Shown one piece after another: positions 13,660-26,470 of a stretch of 64,000 bases of DNA. Every line of letters begins with the position of its first letter. Positions within the stretch are counted from its first letter, which is position 1. The position numbers and the translations under genes were made by a program. The notes beneath the pieces are model-generated. The model searched no databases, was not told where the DNA came from, and saw only the letters and a program-made list of their open reading frames with translations. The stretch comes from Malacoraja senta (lineage: Eukaryota). The stretch is from the NCBI GenBank assembly GCA_038087875.1, contig CM075993.1, forward strand, positions 808,001-872,000, in the 5' to 3' direction.

Positions 13660-15503
13660 GCCTTACTCTGCTTCAAGGTCAAAGTGCCACAATTGACCAG
13701 TCTGCACTGGATGCCTCCAACCTTCTGGCCTCAGTGCCCAGGTCCAGCCGTTCCCGCTACGAGGTGGTGTTTGAGGTGACCGCTCAGCCTGTCCATGGGT
13801 TTCTCTCGTTGGCCGGTGTCAGGAGGGTACGCCGCTTCACTCAGTCTGACTTGTTGGTGTCCACACTCGAGTACACACACTCCCGGTCAGGGGCACTGGA
13901 GGACAGCTTCACCTTCCGAGCTCGCTTGGGTCCAAGGAGAAAGCGGCTGTCACGGCCTGGAGATGACAGAATGGCCATAGTTATTTCTGAGCGTTTTAAC
14001 ATCACGGCGGTGCCGGTGAAAGGGTATCCGCCACGGATTGTCACCACGGGACTAGCGCTCCACGCTCCGCAAGGCTCCCGCTTGGTGTTGTCTCCTGACC
14101 ACATACGCTCAGTAGACCCAGACAACATGCCAGAAGAAATCCAGTATGTAATTGTCGCAGGGCCAGACAATGGCTTCTTTGTGCATCTGGCTGACAGCAA
14201 CACGGCCATAACACAGTTCACACAGGCGGATGTCAATGCTGGCACTGTGCTGTTCCAAGCAGTGGGCCCACCAGCCACCAGCACTGTCCACTTCACAGTC
14301 TCCGATGGGACACACTCAGCGGCCATGGGGTCTGTCACTGTTGAGGTTGTGCCAGCCACTGTCAGCGTGATCCACAACAAAGAGGCTGTGCTACTGCAGG
14401 GGGATCCAGCAACACCCATAACCAGAGAGCAGCTTGTGGTAGAGACTGGGGCAAACGGAGGAACACTCTACAGAATAACCCAGCTGCCAATGCACGGCCA
14501 GGTGACGATGAACCAGGTTGTGGTGACGGAGTTCTTGCAGAAGCAGATTGACAGTGGAGAAGTGAAGTACCGGCTGACGGATTTATCTGTTTACCAGGAC
14601 AGCTTCCAGGTTTGGGCGCTGAGCCGTAAGGGCAACATGTCAGGCACGGTGAACATCACAGTGCGGCCACTAGTGAGAGTGGCCCCACATCTGCAGTGGC
14701 CCAAAGGTACCACTGTTTTGATCGACACGGATGTTTTGGATGCAAGTGAACTGGGCAATAAGACCCAAAGCGTTCCCACCTTCCACATCACCCAACAGCC
14801 CAGAGCTGGGAAACTCATCAAGGTGCACAGACAGAATGGTACACAAAGTCTTCTGGGCAGTAACTTCACCCAGACTGACCTGGAAGACGGAAGCATTGCC
14901 ATGGAAGTATTTGATTCCGCTGAGGCTGGACTATTCCCAGAGTTGGATAGCTTCCAGTTTCTCTTAAAAGCTGATGGAGTGCCACCTGGCAGAGGAGCTT
15001 TAGAATTTCAGACTGTGCCATACATACCCAATCACCATTACAATGCCACACTGCTCAACCTCGCCTCTCTGAGTAGTACAAAGGCACCAGATTCCAGCAG
15101 TAGTCCATCAGCCCAGGATGGAGGAGAGATGGACATGGATTACCCAACGGTAACGTGGAGCCCCTTTGGAAGTAGTGAGCCTACATCGGGGGGTGTATCT
15201 ACAGAGTTCCAAGCAACAGCAGTCAATGAGGCAGCTCTCTCTTCTGCCGGCAACAATCTAATCACCATCATCATTGCTGTCATCCTGGTGGTTTTGCTGT
15301 TGCTGATTTTCATAGTGATTGTGATCTGCGTTACCAAACGCCACAAGATGGGAAAGCACAATGTGCAGGCCCCTCCGCCCAAGCCCAGGAATGGTGCAGT
15401 GGAGAAAGAGACCTTCAGGAAAACAGATCCTGTCCAGTCCATGCCTCTGGTGAATGTCCAGCCTCACAATGGTGCACAGGTACAGTGGCCACGGTATTCC
15501 TGA
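13660..15503 (+). CDS. CSPG4: CSPG4 last large coding exon: CSPG repeats, Ser/Thr-rich stalk, transmembrane helix and cytoplasmic tail
   Basis: Acceptor ttttttcttctccag. Contains ALDASNLLASVP, the TM segment LITIIIAVILVVLLLLIFIVIVICV, then KRHKMGKHNVQ..KPRNG..ETFRK as in NG2. The exact C-terminus is uncertain (see findings). Confidence 0.93.
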
Positions 15504-15979
15504 GGTGAAGCAGGTCCGCCAGGCTAGCAATCACTACTAGGTATGATCCCGGTCCCAGTCTCTTCGTCATCCTCACAGAACACACACTATCACACCGTTA
15601 CTGCACCCTATCAACCCGGGACAGGAAGGTTCCCACTGTACCTGCAGGATTACACCACAATAGAGATGGTTCAGCCCCAGCTGAAAGAAAATCTTCCGCA
15701 CTGGATAGCATTCTGCTGCATCTAACCGTCCCGTGGATGAGAATGGACCATTCTGTAAACCAATACCTTAGTAGTTGCCAGACTTCACCTGTTCCACATT
15801 CCAAAAATTGAAATAACTGACTTTAAAAAAAGAATATATTGAAATAATCTTGATTCCAATTTCCAGCAAGGCCTCGGAGATGCTGCCTTGTTGAGGTGCT
15901 GCTCCTGTTGGTGACGACAGACTGGTGGTCAGCTTGTGATGGGATTTTGGCCGTGTTTGTTGTATGCTGCAACAGGGTT

Positions 15980-15985
15980 AATAAA
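15980..15985 (+). promoter_or_regulatory. Candidate polyadenylation signal for CSPG4
   Basis: AATAAA about 480 nt downstream of the stop. Motif only. Confidence 0.3.
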
Positions 15986-16835
15986 AGTTTGTGACTTAGT
16001 GGGACATTGCTCCAGTTCAGAATGTTTTCCATGGTAGGCCAAGATTTGCAGAATGACAACATCCATTTCCTTTGGATTGAAACACTTACAAGGCTTTCTG
16101 AGTGGTGGTTACATTGCTTTTGATCATTTCCTTGTGTTTTCTGGCTTGTTTCATATGTTGTAGTTTCCAATCCTACTGGCTTTTGGTTCTGGATTCTTGA
16201 TTCCATCTGGTCCTGTCCTGATCCCAAGTTGCAGCTGCGGTAACACACTTTGTACACAATGTGTGGTTCAGCCTTCCTGAGAAACATGGTTTACTTGCCC
16301 GGAGCTGTTGACCACCCAACAATCCTGACCTAACCCAGCTGACTGGTTAGCTTCAGTTAGACTATTCCAACACTCTCCTGGCAATCCACACCCTTCATCT
16401 TTCTCCCTACTGTAGCAACCCCAACCTGCCTCTGCCTAGTACCCCTCATTCCTTCCACTCCACCACAGTCACCTGGCCTGCTGTGGTATTCCTTCCTCTC
16501 TTTCAAAAAGATCTCTTTTTAAAATTAAATCTCCTCTTTGTCGCTGGCTGTGTTCCCCTGGATGGCCTCAAGCTTCTCTTCTATGCTGTATGGTCATGGA
16601 CCATGGTCAGGCTGACATAGTGGCAATAGGGTATAACTTGCAGCAGTTACATCAGTGATCGTGTTGCTGGGCCCTCGGATCTGTAGGTTGCATCTTAATC
16701 ACCCATTCCTAGGCTTTGGGAACATGAGCCGCACACAGCTGTGCCTCTGTCCACTATGGAGGGAATGGGCACAGCAGGCTGCTTCTTGCAGCTGGTGCTG
16801 AGGCCTGGATGTCTCACGGCGACTCCACGCCGACC

Positions 16836-17080
16836 AGCGATCACCCCTATATTAGCACTATCCTGCACACTAGGAACAATTTACATTTTTTACCAAAGCC
16901 AATTAACCTACAAACATTTACGTCATTGGCGTGTTGGAAGAAACCGGAGTACCTGGAGAAAACCCATGGCATCACAGGGAGATGTACAAACTCCATACAA
17001 ACTGCACCCTTACTCAGGATCGAACCTGGGACTCTGGTGCTATAAGGCAGCAACTCTACCGCTGTGACACCGTGCCACCC
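16836..17080 (-). mobile_element. tRNA-derived V-SINE (HE1-like)
   Basis: Minus strand: gggtggcacggtgtcacagcggtagag (A-box-like), ggttcgatcc (B box), then V-domain ggagtttgtacatctccctgtg...ggttttctccaggtactccggtttc. Confidence 0.8.
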
Positions 17081-19180
17081 CATATCGTACCGTACCTCTC
17101 TGTAAATATTGCTGCATTATGACTGAATGCCTTTCAAAAGCTTCCCTTGTCTTGATGTAATGAAACAATCTGAGTGTTACATTCTTTGAACAAAATGCAT
17201 CTTACTGTTAGTTTGGCATCTGCACTCTTTGATGTCAGTGCATCCAGAGAGTGCAAGATGGCACTCTTGTGTATGGACTCAGAGACGTCTACTGTCTAAT
17301 ACTCTTGTATTTAGTATGATTGTGCCTAATGTATCACAGAATTGTCACTGAACTGATGCAAGGAAAGAATGTCACTGTACTTGGGTATAGGTGACAATAA
17401 AGTACAATTGAACCATTGCACTGGGGCCCAGCCCATGGTTGTGGACTTTGCTGTGTGAACGAGTGGGGGAGTGTGCCAGTGTAATCCCAGTCCTAGGTCT
17501 GCCTCACATCACGTTACAGCCCAGCAGAGACTTCTTCAGTTCTCGTTGTTCCTCAGGAGAAAGGTACGAACTTACCATTCATGCCCCGCCCACCGGAGTG
17601 AGGAGAGGTTGCCTCTTGGTGTTGATGTTGGCGTATTATTGTCATGTGTAGTGTACCAAGATACAGCGAAAACCCTTTGTTTATGTGCTATCTAATCAGA
17701 CAATACAAAGCATGAAATCCACCTGTAGAGCAAAATGTGGTTGAGGCAGATTGGGAAATCGGGACTGATCTCTATCGTATGGAAGGACCGTTCACAACTC
17801 TGGAAACAGAGGGGAGGAAGCTGCTGCTGAGTCTGCTGATGCGGGCCTTCAATCACACGACTGGGGCTGGGCCTCCAGCTCCAGCTCACAACCCCCCCCC
17901 CCCCACCCCCATTCTCTGTTCATTATCCTGCTCCATCCTGTGACCCCTCCCCACCCCACCATGTAAACACCCCCCACCCCAGCCTGTAACCACTCCCCAT
18001 GCTCTGTCCATTCCCCGGCTGCATTGTCTGACACCCCCCCCCATCCTCTGACCACCTTCCTACCCCATCGTGTATCGCCCTCTGCTCCAGCCTGTGACCC
18101 CCTGTATCGTGTGTGACCCCCCGGTGTGAACCCGGCTGTGGCTCGCTGCGGTCAGTGGGAACTCCCAGAAACATTGGAACTCTGCCCAGCCAGCTTTGCC
18201 TGCCGGGCAAATCAGAGCGACAATCACTCACTCTCCCTGTGAATATGTTAAAATTAACCCCGTTAAGACATGCGCTGCTGAGAGTTCAGTTTGATGAGGT
18301 TGAAAGGAATCTGCAATTCATCGTTCAGAAAAACAGCTAAAATTCAACTAAGCGCAGGAAAAACGTTTATATAAAACTTTCTCCTGTCCTCACCAGAAAT
18401 GTTATCAAGTGCAACGGATACTGATTGTGGTGATGATCAGCCATGATCACACTGAATGGCGGTGCTGGCTCGAAGGGCCAAATGGCCTACTCCTGCACCT
18501 ATTGTCTATTGTCTATTGATAACGCTGGCTGCCGGATGTGTGCGGTTCTGGTGAATCTTGTGTCTGGATCCTTGCAATGTTTGCGGGCTTCTCCCCGAGG
18601 CGTCTGGACCAACTGACGAGACTGGGTCCTTCACACCAACACTGAAGGTCCAGGCACACACAGGCATTGTCGGCAACTGTCAGACTCCAGTATTGTGTGT
18701 AAACCAGCATCTGCAGTTCATTCCTACTCATTCCTTCTTTCCAGAGATGCTGCATGTCCCTCTGAGTTACTCCAGCATGTTGTCTCTCTTAGACACATTA
18801 TCAGTGTTGGGCTGGATATGTTGTTCTTGTCCCAGTGTAGAGTTTAGTTTCGGTTATTGTCACGTGTACCGAGGTACAGTGACAAGCTTTTGTTGCGAAG
18901 TGCCGAATGGCCTACTCCTGCACCTATTTTCTATGTTTAACCAGTCAGCAGAAAGACAATACGTGATTCCAATTGAGCCGTTCACAATGTACAGTTAGTT
19001 ACTTGATAAGGGAATGGCGTTTAGTGCAAGGTAAAGCCAGCAAAGTCCGATCAAGGGAATTCCTAGGGTCACCAAATAGGTTCAGCACTACTCTCTGGTT
19101 GTGGTCGGATGATTCATTTGCCTGAGAGCGTCTCTCAGCAACTCTGTCAAAGAATCAAGCAACGTCCCAGTTGAAACAAG

Positions 19181-19407
19181 CAACTGCAGATGCTGGTTTA
19201 AACCGAAGATAGACACAAAATGCTGGAGTAACTCAGCGGGACAGGCAGCATCTGTGAGAGAAGGAACGGGTGACGTTTCGGGTCGAGACCCTTCTTGAGT
19301 CTGAAGAAGGGTCTCAAAAAGTCACCCTTTCCTTCTCTCCAGAGATGCTGCCTGTCCCGCTGAGTTACTCCAGCATTTTGTCTATCTTCAGTGTAAACCA
19401 GCATCCT
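19181..19407. mobile_element. Head-to-head fold-back pair of the Penelope-associated hammerhead-motif repeat
   Basis: The two ~110-bp arms are reverse complements, centred near 19297-19300. Confidence 0.75.
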
Positions 19408-20972
19408 ACACGTTTCTGGGTGTGACGGACAACAGCGCCAATCACTGCAGGCTCCACAGAGACAGTAGCTTCTCACTGTTCCAAGCGAAGCACAACCACT
19501 TTCCATGTGAATTTCGCTATTCCCGAAGAATGTAACTTGTCATCAAAATTCCCGCCAGGCTTTTGGATACAGTGTTGGCAGGAACGTGACAGGAAATAGC
19601 AGATGTTTTAACTGAATTCATTGCATCAGTTTCCATGAGTGAACTGGAAAGCGGCGGCATACAACAGGGCGTACAACACGGCTCCCGGTTGATGCTGTGG
19701 GTGACTACAAGCCCACATACACATGAACACCAGCTGTAAATACTCTGGAATCCCTGAGGCAATCAGGGAAATTCTGATCGATAATCCATTAATTCAAAAA
19801 AACTGCCTACAGGTTTGTTTTGTGGGCGGCTGACTTGTCTCCAATCGGATTTGATACATGACTCCGTGAAGTGCAAAGTCTGATTGTAACTTAATACCCG
19901 CCTGAGGAAAGCAAGGGTGTGGAAGGGTTAATCCAGTTTGCAAGGCAGCGGTTGAGGGCCATTGAGCCTTTCTTCATAAGTGGAATTAGGACATTCGGCC
20001 ATTCAATCATGGGTTAACTATCTTTCTCTCTCAACCCCATTCTCCTGCCTTCTCCCCATAACCCCCGACACCCGTACTATTCAAGAACCCAAGATAGACA
20101 CAACAAGCTGGAGTAACTCAGCGGGACAGGGTCTCGACTCGAAACGTCACCAATTCCTTTTCTCCAGCGATGCCTGTCCCGCTTAGTTACTCCAGCTTTT
20201 TGTGTCTATCTTCGGTTTAAATCAGCATCTGCACTTTCCCACATTAACCAAGAATCTATCCATATCTGCCTTAAAAAATATCAATTGACTGATTGCCAGA
20301 TTCGCCACCCTCTGGCTAAATACTTCTTGTTAACCCAGGTCTGGGGTTATTTTTGTCCCAGAATGATGGAATGGAAGCTTCTTCTCGTGGGGTGTGTAGC
20401 TATGAAGTGGGATGTTTGTCCGGCCTAATCTGTGTATACAATCACCCACGGCTCTACAAGCAGGGACAGAAAAAACAAGATTTCACAGACACCCATATAC
20501 GTCACAAACAAAACCCAACACGAACCATCACATTTCCAGTAACTCCTGTATTTTTTCTTCGGCACGTATTGCTGTTCGCCAAGATCACGCATAAACTGGA
20601 CAGTAACCACGCAATGTAGAAGAGTCGAGATAAACAGGGGTCCAGAACCCTGATGTAATCCACTCTCTTGTCAACTCTCAGACACGCGATTTCACAGTGC
20701 TTAGAAACATTTAAAAAATAGGTGCAGGAGTAGACCATTCGGCCCTTCGAGCCAGCACCGCCTTTCAATATGATCTTGGCTGATCATCCAAAATCAGTAC
20801 CCCGTTCTGGCTTCCCCCCCCCATATCCCTTGATTCCTTTAGCCCTAAGAGCTAAATCTAACTCTCTTGCTCCCACCCGCTTTGAGATAAGATTGATAGA
20901 CACAAAAAGCTGGAGTAACTCAGCGGGTCAGACAGCATCTCTGGAGAAAATGTGTAGGTGACGTTTCGGGTC

Positions 20973-21017
20973 GGGTGAGTCTGAAGAAGGGTCTCGAACC
21001 CGAAACGTCACCCACTC
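20973..21017 (+). ncRNA. Putative minimal type I hammerhead ribozyme (best-folding copy)
   Basis: Stem I GGGTGAGT/ACCCACTC (7 of 8 pairs, including one G-U). CTGAAGA at 20981-20987. Stem II GGGT/ACCC. GAAAC at 21002, GTC cleavage triplet at 21007-21009. Palindromic ACGT stem III. Confidence 0.55.
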
Positions 21018-21139
21018 CTTCTCTCCAGGGATGCTGCCTGACACGCTGAGTTCCTCCAGCATTTTGTGTCTGTCATATCGCTGATAGCCGATCACAGGCT
21101 CAACCAGGGCCCTTGGAGCCGATAGTTGAGGCACTGTCT

Positions 21140-21515
21140 TAGATTAACTACCCTCTGACTAAAAAAGTTCCTCCTCACCTCCTTTCTAAAAGAGCGTCCT
21201 TTAATTCTGAGGCTATGACCACTGGTCCTAGACTCTCCCACCAGTGGAAACATCCTCTCCACATCCACTCTATCTATGCCTTTCCTTATTCTGTAAGTTT
21301 CAATGAGGTCCCCCCCTCAACCTTCTGCACTCCAGCGAGTACAGGCCCAGTGCTGTCAAACGCTCATCATATACTAACCCACTCATTCCTGGGATCATTC
21401 CTGTAAACCTCATCTAGACCCTCTCCAGAGCCAGCACATCCTTCCTCCGATATGGGGTCCAAATTTGCTCACAGTACTCCAAATGTGGCCTGACCAGCGC
21501 CTTATAGAGCCTCAG
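21140..21515 (-). mobile_element. CR1 ORF2 3' fragment
   Basis: Reverse complement of CR1 RT C-terminal motifs (ggtcctagactctcccaccagtggaaac, tactccaaatgtggcctgacc). Confidence 0.7.
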
Positions 21516-23769
21516 CATGTTTGGTGTTGGTAAGGGCCCGCTGTGCCGAATGGCCTGTTACAGTCAGTAGTATCGCCTGCCTCAGTCACTCCCCGCGTTT
21601 CCTCCACGCGGTCCTGGACACTGGGACCAGGGGTGGGTGGCAGGTTTTTGCCCAACTCCCGCCGCGGGAGGCCACTCGGCCCACCCAGCCCATGCCAATA
21701 CAAGCCCGCAGAGGGGGAAGAATGGCCCTGAGCGTGCCTTTAAACTGTCTGCAAGGCGGGGCGCGCCTCGTTGTCCACACACTGACAGACACTGTGTTGT
21801 TTTTCCATTTCCTGTACACTCTGCTCTCGTTAACTCTCCCGTCCAGTTCAGCCTCCGCATTCTCTCCGACTCTCTGGCTGCGATCCTCGACCTCCCTCCC
21901 GGGACCTGAAGCCGGCTCCAGGAATGTCTACACATCGTCCCGGGGAAAGGGGCAGAGAGAGAGGGAGCGCCGCACTGTGTGTGTGTGTGTGGGGGGGGGG
22001 CAAGAGTAAGGAGATGCCAGTGGTTCACCCCCTCACCCCCGCCCCTCCCACAGTGCGGCGCTCCCTCACCGCCCCTCCCACAGTGCGGCGCTCCCTCATA
22101 GTCAAGAGTGGGTCCAGGATGGGGTAAAACTTGGCCGGCTATTGTCAGCACTGCCCGCTGACAGAATCAGGAACGAAACACAAAGTACTGACAGACTTAG
22201 TGTTTTGCTCCAGACTCCAGTATCGGCAGTTCCCCGTTTCTTGCTTTTACCACAATTTCGTGTTTTATTGCAGCTTTCTGGAATGTTCCTTTCCCGGAAT
22301 GTTAGACACATGATTAGACGGGGTAAAGGCCTGACAGTCACAGTGATACAGCATGGAAACAAGCCCCTTTGGCCCAACTTGCCCACACCGGCTAACATGT
22401 CCCAGCTACACTAGTCCATATCCCTCCAAACCTGTCCTATCCATGTACGTGTCTGTTTATTAAACGTTGTGATAGTCCAGCCCCAACTACCTCCTCTGGC
22501 AGCTCGTTCCATGTCCCCACCACCCTTTGTGTGAAAAAGTTACCCCTCAAATCCCTTATTAAATCTTTTCCCCTTCACCTTAAGCCCATGGCCTCTGGTT
22601 CTTGATGCCTCTACTCTGGGCAAGCGACTGTGCATCTACCCGATCTATTCCTCTCATGATTTTGTACACAAATGCTGGAAGGTCATTAACATTTTTCAGA
22701 GAATTGGTTTAGATTCCTTTGGGACAGTTACATAAACGTCTGGTTTTGTTCCGTGGTTCAGTGTAACTGCAACAGGCGGCACCATTCCACCCTTCGAATC
22801 CTGAGCAAATACATGGAGGGACTCAGTGGGTCGGGCAGCATCTGTGGGGAAATGGGACCTTCAGACTGATGGAGTCGAGGGGCAGAGAGCTGAAAAGAGG
22901 TGATAGACACAGAATGCTGGAGTAACTCAGCAGGACAGGCAGCATCTCTGGAGAGAAGTAATGGGCGACGTTTCAGGTCCAGAGGTGGGCGGGCTACAGA
23001 AGCGGGGAGCAGGCCTGGACCGATCAGCAATTGAACGTCCGGGTAGGTTGGAGGGGCTGAGTGGCCTGCTCCTAGTGTCTGGTTAGCTCGATGTTCCCGG
23101 TGTAAAGGGGGTGGACAGGGTGAATGCAGAGTCCTGTGTCCAGGGTAGAGGCATGTAGAACCAGAGGTCATGGGCTTAAGGTGAGGAGGGGAGGAGATTT
23201 AATAGGAAACTGAGGGGCAATCGTTTCACACATAAGGGTGGTGGGGTGTATGGAACGAGCTGTCAGAGGAGGCATGTAGGAGGGAACTGCAGATGCTAGT
23301 TGAAACCGAAGATAGACACAAAATGCTGGAGTAACTCAGCAGGTCAAGCAGCATCTGTGGAGAGATGGAATATGTAACGTTTTGGGTCGAGACAGTCTGA
23401 AGAAGGGTCTCAACCCATAACGTCACCTATTCCTCCAGCACTTTGTGTGTTTTTGTAAAGCGGTTCCTGCAGTTCCGTGTATCTGCAGCATCCTGTTTCC
23501 ACCCATTGACCTTCTGCGGAAAGTGCAGAACTCCGCGTTCCCGTCTCCAGCGTTATCACCCGGGCCCATGTTACATGTTCAGCTGATTAATGAACAAAAT
23601 AAAGAAGAGTTGTTTTGATTTAATTTCGTGGCGTCAGGCGATTTTAAAGGGGGGGGGGGGGGGGGGACGGCGCTGGAAGGAGCAGGGTAAATCCCGAGAG
23701 AGGCATACTCAGTTACTGTTGCCCTCAATACCCCTGGATACCGCAGTCTCCCCGGGAGCTGCCCCCCAC

Positions 23770-24120
23770 GTGGAGTGGATGTGGAGAGGATGCTTCCACT
23801 AGTGGGAGAGTCTAGGACTAGAAGGCACAGCCTCACAATTAAAGGACGTTCCTTTGGGAAGGAGACGATGAGGATTTTCTTAATTCAGAGGGTGGTGAAT
23901 CTGTGGATTCTGTGTCACAGAAGGCTGTGGAGGCCAAGTCAGTGGATATTTTTAAGGCAGAAGTAGATAGATTCTTGATTAGTGCGGGTGTCAGGGGTTA
24001 TGGAGAGAAGGCAGCAGAATGGGGTTAGGAGGGAGAGATAGATCGGCCATGATTGAATGGCGGAGTAGACTTGATGGGCCGAACGGCCTGATTCTGTTCC
24101 TATCACAGATGAAGTTATGA
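23770..24120 (+). mobile_element. CR1 3' fragment
   Basis: Reads VERMLPLVGESRTRRHSLTIKGRSFG..QRVVNLW, followed by the CR1 tail. Confidence 0.8.
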
Positions 24121-25536
24121 ACATATAAAACTGACCATTAAACAAACTTTATATCCATAATATTAAATATTACAGAGAGCACTGTTCTATGCTGCCGTCT
24201 GTGGGAAGTGTGCAATGGAAGATATACAACACACAGTGGAGCAGTTTTACAGAGTATCTACAGTGCACCAGGGCACCCCTCGCTTGGACCCCCCTTGGAC
24301 GGCCCACCACCCCTGGGGAACAGGAGAGGCGTGCTTCAGCCTTGCCCATTGTCACTGCTCCCCACCCACCCAGTAGCATGGACGGCACTCACCCCCTCCC
24401 CTCCCCTCTCATCCCCCCCTCCTCTCATCCCCCCCACACCTCTCTCATCCCCCCTCCCCTCTCACTTCTCTTACCTCCGCACCTCTCATCCCCCCACCTC
24501 TCTCAACCACGCCCCCTCCTGCAGCTCTCCCATCTCCTCTGCTTTCTCATCCCATCCCCTTTCATCCCCCTTACCTCTCCCCTCTCTCACCTCCTCAGCT
24601 TCCAATTACAAGTGGGGCCCCTCTAACACCCCCCCCCCCACCTGGAGCAGAGCAAGCCCCACCCACTGTGGTGTCCAGCAATCGCCAACGCCAACCCTTC
24701 CCACAGTCACACGCACACTGCAAAACTCCTGCATGGTTACAGGTCTCCTGTACGGAGGGTTAACTGTGCCACTAATTAGAACACTGTCTAGGACACCCCT
24801 CACTGCCACAGTCAGAGGCCTGGTGATGGCTCCTGAGGGGCAGAGTGAAGTCACCTCATCTGACAGAGAACAAATGTAAACTTTGTAACTGGAAGAAGTG
24901 ACCTCTATTGAACAAATGCTATTCCCATCCCCCCATTTAGTGAAACAGCCTGATGCATGAAGTGTGAAGGTAAAGGTGGCCAGAATCAGGTGGTGGACAT
25001 CTTGTACAGCTCCGTGCCACCAGTCCCGGCCACCATTGTATCCCAGTGGTCCACGATGGCCACAGGGCATGGCTGACCGGTGCTCCGTGTTCCTGCTTCT
25101 ACCGTAGTGTCCACTGTCCAAGCAGAGGGTGTGAGGCTGATGGATCCTTACAGCCCAGCTCACGTTGCACTGGTCAGCCCAAGGGCCTCCGTCGGCCCAC
25201 CCTGCCACAGCCACATGCTACCTGGAACCAGCGGTCAGCAGATGTAGGAAGGGTCGAGGGGGGCAGCAATGGTTGGGGGTGGAAAGGATGCAAGGGATTT
25301 AGAAAGGTCAAAGTCACAAAAAATATATCAGAGATTGTTGGGGTTACTGTGGGGGAGGAGCTGTAATAGAGGGGTTGTTGCGGTTACTGTGGGAGGGGGT
25401 TTGTAATAGAGGGGTTGTTGGGGTTACTGTGGGAGGGGGGTTGTTGGACGTGTTGTGGGGGAGGGGCAGAATGAGGGTGGTGGGGATCGGGGAGGTATCT
25501 CAGCCACGTTCTGCCACAGGGTGACGGAGGTCCCGG

Positions 25537-25790
25537 TCACAGAGTGTCGTACAGGTGTAGAGTCTGCTCCAGGTGCTGGCTGATCCTCTGGTAGAAGAGG
25601 ATTTGTTGCTGGAGGTAGGATTGCATCATGTGTTTGAAGTCGATGATCCGCCGTTTGTGGAAATGGTTCATCTCCGCTTGGAGTGCAAAGCCCACCACCC
25701 GGCAGCGCTGCTTGATGCCGTCCACCTGCTCCTGGTCCATCTTGCCCTCCTCATTCATCCTCTGGCTGTCCTTCACCTTGGCAAAGGCAC
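25537..25790 (-). CDS. SNX33: Sorting nexin 33, exon 2 (BAR domain C-terminus and stop)
   Basis: Minus-strand acceptor cacag at 25795-25791. 254 nt reading GAFAKVKDSQRMNEEGKM...GFALQAEMNHFH...LEQTLHLYDTL*. Phase matches the exon 1 donor. Confidence 0.93.
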
Positions 25791-26169
25791 CTGTGGCAAT
25801 ACACACCCAGTCAGTCGTGTCCCCAAATTACCGCCCCACCCTATCACCCCTCAGCCACTGGACCTCAGCTTACATTGCACTGGTCAGCTGGTCAGCCCAG
25901 TGCCTCTGCCCCCAAATCACCACCCCACTCTATCACCCCTCACCAACTACCCATTAGCCACATGGCTCAATGCTTGGTTCTTCCACGCCACCAGTTAAAC
26001 GCTCAGTTATGGCATCCTCTAAGAACAATTGTTTTATTATTTGCCTCTCCAGCCCCTTCTTCACAACTTCAGTCCTGAATGCACTCTGCTTTCACAGAGA
26101 GATCACACTCTCAGGGGGTGAGAGAGACCACACTATGATCAAGCCTCATAGGGGTTAAGGTGGAGCAGG

Positions 26170-26470
26170 GAGACCGGGGGCAGGGAAGCCAGGGGTTGGG
26201 AAACGGAGGGGGGGATGGGGGGAGGACGACACCTGGGGCAGGGAAGCCAGGGGTTGGGGAGACCGGAGGGGGGGTGGGTAGGGGGGGATGGGGGGAGGAC
26301 GACACCTGGGGCAGGGAAACCAGGGGTTGGGGAGATAGAGGGGGGGTGGGGGGGGATGGGGGGAGGATAAAGGGGGGGACGACACTTGGGGCAGGGAAGC
26401 CAGGGGTTGGGGAGATGGAGGGGAGGTGGGTGGGTGGGGACGACACCTGGGGCAGGGAAGCCAGGGGTGA
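26170..26470. repeat. G-rich imperfect tandem repeat (~60-75 bp, about 5 units) in the SNX33 intron
   Basis: Recurring ggacgacacctggggcagggaagccaggggttggggaga. Confidence 0.85.

Noticed and set aside
17000..17080. tRNA gene (A and B boxes on the minus strand)
   Set aside because: It runs directly into a V-SINE central domain and is a SINE head rather than a cloverleaf tRNA.
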